Shown here piece by piece: positions 7,134-11,482 of a stretch of 11,482 nt of DNA. How positions within the stretch are numbered: position 1 is the first letter of the stretch; each line of letters opens with the position of its first letter. A program made the translations under genes and the position numbers. The notes beneath the pieces were generated by a model, which was not told the DNA's origin, did no database searches, and saw nothing but the letters and a program-made list of their open reading frames with translations. This stretch comes from Nitrososphaeraceae archaeon (GTDB lineage: Archaea; Thermoproteota; Nitrososphaeria; Nitrososphaerales; Nitrososphaeraceae): contig DATGZA010000072.1 of NCBI GenBank assembly GCA_035297365.1, positions 1-11,482 on the forward strand, given 5' to 3'.

Positions 7134-7742
7134 ATGAAGGAGCAAAGAATTTTAAGAAAATTTTGGATGACAATATTACTTTCCTTTGCTATATTTGCTC
7201 TAACTACTGCTATCACAACCACAACGAATGACAATATCAATGTAGATGCACAGACCAGAGAAAACTCCTTCGATGTAATTCTTACTTTATTTGGTGTCAA
7301 TAAGAATACTGGTGATGTAATAACATTTAGTAGCTCTGAAAATATTACGCACTTCAAAATATTTGATCCCTATGATGAATTAACATATGGAGATACTTCC
7401 GAAGTCTCATTCAATTTTAATGGAACTGAGGTTAATGCAGGTGATACCTTTACAACTTGTATATTGACTATAAAAGATATAAGTGTCATATGCAAAAACG
7501 GAGAAAACTCTCCTGCAAAAAGACCTGAAATAGTTGACATTAATCTAGTTTCTGATAAGGCAACCAAAATAGAAGTTCAAAACATCATGAGCCAAGTTGT
7601 GTCAGAAGGCAAAGATGAAGATGAAGAAAACAACGACGAGGAGGAAGATGCCACAGATAAACAAGATAAAGGTAAGGAGGACACAGAAGATAAAAATCCT
7701 GTAATTGACTCAGAAATTATTCAAGTTCAACCAGGTCTATAA
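7134..7742 (+). CDS. Exported/membrane-anchored hypothetical protein with Cys pair and acidic C-terminal tail
   Basis: Basic N-region plus hydrophobic stretch (RILRKFWMTILLSFAIFAL), beta-rich core with two Cys (TCIL...ICKNGENSPAKRPE), sequons NIT and NGT, D/E-rich tail; TATA upstream. Confidence 0.85.
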   Translation: MKEQRILRKFWMTILLSFAIFALTTAITTTTNDNINVDAQTRENSFDVILTLFGVNKNTGDVITFSSSENITHFKIFDPYDELTYGDTSEVSFNFNGTEVNAGDTFTTCILTIKDISVICKNGENSPAKRPEIVDINLVSDKATKIEVQNIMSQVVSEGKDEDEENNDEEEDATDKQDKGKEDTEDKNPVIDSEIIQVQPGL

Positions 7743-8394
7743 AAATAGTTATTACAAAATTAGTAGTTAATTTATCTATTTTTACCCATAGAATATTGTA
7801 TTTATTTTTTCATCATCGATCATTTGTAGTCCAGCTAATTTTTTGTTAAGAAACACTTTAGGATTGTAGATGAAATATTTGTATTATTTAGTACTATAAA
7901 GAAGTACACAACATTTTGGAATGATTCTAAAAGAAGAAACGAGAAATATTGAAGGATACATTTTTGCATATTGTACTCAGAGGTTTAAATCGTATAAATT
8001 ATATTCATCATCATCTATTATAATTTACATCTTACCGTCAGGAATTACCTTTAAATTTGCCAGTAATAATAAATGTATCTTATTTAGCATCATATACTTC
8101 ATTGGAATTATAATTTCATTCTATAGAATCGAAAAATCCATTGTTCGTTTCTTATAATGATAGAGTTAGTTTTAATTTTAATATCTTTCATATTGACAAT
8201 TTCCGAATATTTAGGAAATTCTTATCTTGGTCAAAATAATATATAATTTTTGTGTTTATTGAAAATGTTAATATAATTTAGTGTTCCCTTATACAATATG
8301 TGGCCAGTCATTTCCATTGCGATATTGATTCTAAAATTAGATTCAAGTATCTTTAAGTAAGAACAAATCATTAAACTTAATTGTTGTGAAATTA

Positions 8395-8514
8395 TCATTG
8401 ATCATTATGAAAACATGTAAATTCCCTACAATAATAACAAAAACCACAATATGGACATATCGGTTTTAATAAGGTTGGAGAAAATTCAAGATAACAATTC
8501 AAACATTTTATCAT
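8395..8514 (-). CDS. 39-aa Cys-rich (CPxCG-type) zinc-finger microprotein
   Basis: Manual translation MIKCLNCYLEFSPTLLKPICPYCGFCYYCREFTCFHNDQ*, giving CxxC-x12-CPYCG-x-CxxC-x4-CxH; too short for the ORF track. Confidence 0.65.
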   Translation of the reverse strand: MIKCLNCYLEFSPTLLKPICPYCGFCYYCREFTCFHNDQ

Positions 8515-8997
8515 TTTATTGTCTATGTTAACTATTCGTACTTAGATAATCTATTTAGTTATATGAACATTATTATTATTTATGTGAATTCTTCCAATTT
8601 TCAGTTTATTCATTAATAACTTAAAGTATTACATTTATTCGTCTTTTAGATCGAGATATTCCTAACAATTGGCTCAATAAAATAGATCAGATGTAGTGTG
8701 TTATTCATTGATTAATTTTAATCTTTTTAATTAATTTAAATGTGTCAAAAGTTTCTGGATCATTAAGCAACTTTTATTTTTATCTCTAAAAAAGATGATA
8801 TTATTTTTTGTATTACAAACAATTTTTAATCAAATGATTTTTACCACTCATTATTCATTATTATAAAATGCAGTATTTAAGTTTTTAAAAATCTTTAATA
8901 TCCTTAATTAATAAACATATATATAAGAACAAATTATGTTAATAATAGACTTCTTTATTGTCAGATTGGCTCTTAATCAGTAGAAGGTATAACTAAC

Positions 8998-9015
8998 GGC
9001 TCTGTTAATTTAAGA
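8998..9015 (+). mobile_element. Solo IS6-like terminal inverted repeat
   Basis: GGCTCTGTTAATTTAAGA; 9000-9015 matches 3340-3355 at 14/16 positions, and it begins with GG..CTGT as IS6-family ends do. Confidence 0.4.
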
Positions 9016-9383
9016 AATATTTTGCGATTAATAAACATAGAAAAAAAATTTGTTTAACACCAAATATAAAACATTATGAGTCATCAATTTATTATTTTGT
9101 CAAATAAAACCGCTACAACATAAAAATATTATTAAAGTTGAAACGAAATATTCGGAATATTGCTATAAATATATTGTCAAATCAAATTTTAGTTACTTTA
9201 TTTATTAATTATATGTTATTCATTTATTAAGATATTATCGTATATCAATAGTTACTATATTTAGTCATAATTTGAATAGATTAGTTAAAGTTTATTTTTT
9301 GTATTTGTTCAATTGTTGTACTAGAGAAATCGACCATAAATTTCCTATACAATCTTAATAAACATACAGAGCTATTCAAGATT

Positions 9384-10544
9384 GTGAAGAATACACTCAA
9401 CTTACTTTCTATTACATTTAGTTTGATGATTTCATATTTTTTTCTGATTGATTTCAAATCCTCAATATATGGACAAGAATTTCAAGTTGACCTGAGTGAT
9501 TATTTCTATTCAAAACAAAATCCAACGAATTCTCAGACAACGGCTACGCCAAATTCGGAGGATGGAACTAAAGAGAATTGTATCAATAACCAAATTGAAT
9601 CTGTTTTGTATTCTGACACTAATGCAAGTTCTAATTCGTATTTTTCAGATTTTCACTTTGTAAAAAAATTTGATCAAGATGGAAATTTAATAGATAGTTG
9701 GGGTACAGTAGGATCCGATGATGGACAGTTTCTGCATGCCCATGGCATAACCATCGATTCTGAAGATAATGTGTATGTTAGCGATGCAGAGAACTGTAAA
9801 ATTCAGAAATTTGATGTGAGTGGAAAATTTATAACCAAATGGGGTACGAAAGGAAAAGGTCCTGGTAAATTCCTGCAACCTAAAAGTATGGATGTAGATT
9901 CTAAGAATAATGTTTATGTTGCCGAATATTCTGATCAAAATATTCAAAAATTTGATAGTGAAGGTAAATTCATAAACATGTGGGGACAAGAGGGTAAAAT
10001 GAAAGGTGAATTTAAAAAGCCTTGGGGTATCGCGGTAGATTCAGGTAATAATGTTTATGTTGCGGATCAAACGCTTCCCAGAGTACAAAAGTTTGACAGC
10101 AATGGTAAATTTATAGACATGTGGAGAAAAGAAGGTAAAAAGAAAGGTGAATTTGTACATCTACACGACATAACTGTAGACTCTAAAGATAATGTTTATG
10201 TTACTGATGGTAGAGAAAATTCTAGAGTATCGGTATTTGATAGCAACGGTAAATTTATAAAAATGTGGGGAAGTGAAGGGAAAGATAAAGGTCAATTTAT
10301 TGAAAATCATGGTATTGTTGTTGATTCTGAAGGAAATGTCTATGTAGTAGATACAAGAAATGTTAGAGTTCAAAAATTTGACAGCAATGGTAACTTCCTA
10401 ACTATGTGGGGATCACTTGGATGTAAAGATGATCAATTTTTAATTCCTCATGATATCGCGATGGACTCTAAAGGCTATATTTATGTTACAGATAGCGGAA
10501 AATCACACTTTAGAGCAAACTACGATTGTAATCAAAGTAGTTAG
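9384..10544 (+). CDS. Exported/membrane-anchored NHL-repeat six-bladed beta-propeller protein
   Basis: N-terminal hydrophobic segment, S/T/N linker, then 47-48 aa repeats G...GQF..P.GI.VDS..NVYV.D..N.R.QKFDS.G.F...WG; GTG start with TTAATAAA at 9355-9362. Confidence 0.93.
   Translation: MKNTLNLLSITFSLMISYFFLIDFKSSIYGQEFQVDLSDYFYSKQNPTNSQTTATPNSEDGTKENCINNQIESVLYSDTNASSNSYFSDFHFVKKFDQDGNLIDSWGTVGSDDGQFLHAHGITIDSEDNVYVSDAENCKIQKFDVSGKFITKWGTKGKGPGKFLQPKSMDVDSKNNVYVAEYSDQNIQKFDSEGKFINMWGQEGKMKGEFKKPWGIAVDSGNNVYVADQTLPRVQKFDSNGKFIDMWRKEGKKKGEFVHLHDITVDSKDNVYVTDGRENSRVSVFDSNGKFIKMWGSEGKDKGQFIENHGIVVDSEGNVYVVDTRNVRVQKFDSNGNFLTMWGSLGCKDDQFLIPHDIAMDSKGYIYVTDSGKSHFRANYDCNQSS
9711..10510 (+). repeat. 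Intragenic tandem NHL repeats (about 141-bp unit, 5 full plus 1 partial)
   Basis: Recurring TAATGTTTATGTT and TTTGA(C/T)AGCAA(T/C)GGTAA at 141-144 nt spacing, matching the protein repeats. Confidence 0.85.
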
Positions 10545-11482
10545 TAGAAGACATCAATTATAATACTCCTTTTAAAATGTACCTAAACGTAGTTACAAAC
10601 GCATTTTGTTGATATAAAAATATCTTTGCTTAAGAATATTGAAACAGATAAAAAATATAAATTTATTTTACAAGTAATATATTGATACCAATAATAAGCA
10701 GTATAACTGCTTCAAAAACAAGACAGAATTTGCATGTTAATACAAATCACAGAAGATTTTCGTATCTGCTAATCTAAGATAAGTTTATCTCCTTCTTTCA
10801 ATTCAATGAAATAATTTTTTGAAATGCAATATTTTGAAATGCATTCTTATATCATTATTAGTTTAGCTTCTATCCATTGAGCATGACTGATCATTCGTTG
10901 ATACAGTTATCAGGTTAACATGAAAATTACTAACCTCACTTTATAGAAGGTTCAAATCCTACAGAATCCTTCGTTGTTACAAAATTATTTTGAGTATCAG
11001 TATTGGATTTCAAAATTCTTGTTTGTCTTAATGGACTCATAAATAAATAATTAAAAAAAGTAAAGATTAATTCCTAGTTTGTATCATTGTTGCTTCATGA
11101 ATTCGTCTAAAAAGAGGATTATAACCCAGAGTTCAATGGCATTAGTGGTTTCCATTACATATTGATTCTAAAAAAGGACTCGAACTTAATAAACTAGAAG
11201 CAGGTAATAAACATTACTTTATAATATACTAAACAAAGATAATTTTTGCATAACAGTATTGCCATACTATTATTTAGATTCAATTTCATTTTGTGTTTTA
11301 AGAAATGATGTATACTATACGGCACATAAATTCAATAATTAAATAAAATCTATTTTTTAATAGTTTATTGACTAGAAATTATTCATAGATAAATATTATT
11401 TTTAAAATATTGTGTTTACATATAATCTTCAATATCTTTTATATAAATCATAAAAAGCAACAATATGATAAAAATTATTTGA

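Noticed and set aside
6980-7567. ORFs 6980..7231 (+), 7130..7357 (-) and 7370..7567 (-)
   Set aside because: They overlap the better supported 7134..7742 gene, which has a TATA box and signal peptide
7921-8157. 78-aa plus-strand ORF
   Set aside because: I/Y/F/S-rich composition typical of an antisense AT-rich frame; the opposite strand looks more protein-like
9687-10373. Minus-strand ORFs 9687..9989 and 10161..10373, and a CRISPR reading of the periodic repeats
   Set aside because: Shadows of the NHL gene; the periodicity of about 141 nt is explained by coding repeats, not repeat-spacer structure
10817-10843. TTTTGAAATGCA direct repeat with 15-nt period
   Set aside because: Only two copies in AT-rich DNA; probably a local duplication with no supportable function
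10890-10975. Complete tRNA gene
   Set aside because: Only a T-arm-like motif is present; no acceptor, D or anticodon arms could be paired

Overview
AT-rich archaeal-style DNA with TATA boxes about 22-31 nt upstream of several start codons. The protein families suggest an ammonia-oxidising archaeon of the Nitrososphaeraceae (Ca. Nitrosocosmicus-like); this is inference. The left half looks like a partly decayed redox/electrophile/iron-stress neighbourhood. It holds an edge-truncated helical protein missed by the ORF track, a two-Cys HxlR regulator, a triply disrupted ABM-domain membrane protein, an intact pirin, a divergent stand-alone UBP-type zinc finger with an in-frame stop and lost Zn ligands (not in the ORF track), a degraded IS6-family transposase abutting an intact ferritin, and a DHA2-type MFS exporter with a perfect upstream palindrome. 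The right half has a tRNA-3'-end-like fragment, an exported acidic-tail protein, a hidden 39-aa Cys7His zinc-finger microprotein, a solo IS-end-like motif and an exported NHL beta-propeller with a PAL-like ring of histidines. No CRISPR array, rRNA or complete tRNA was seen.
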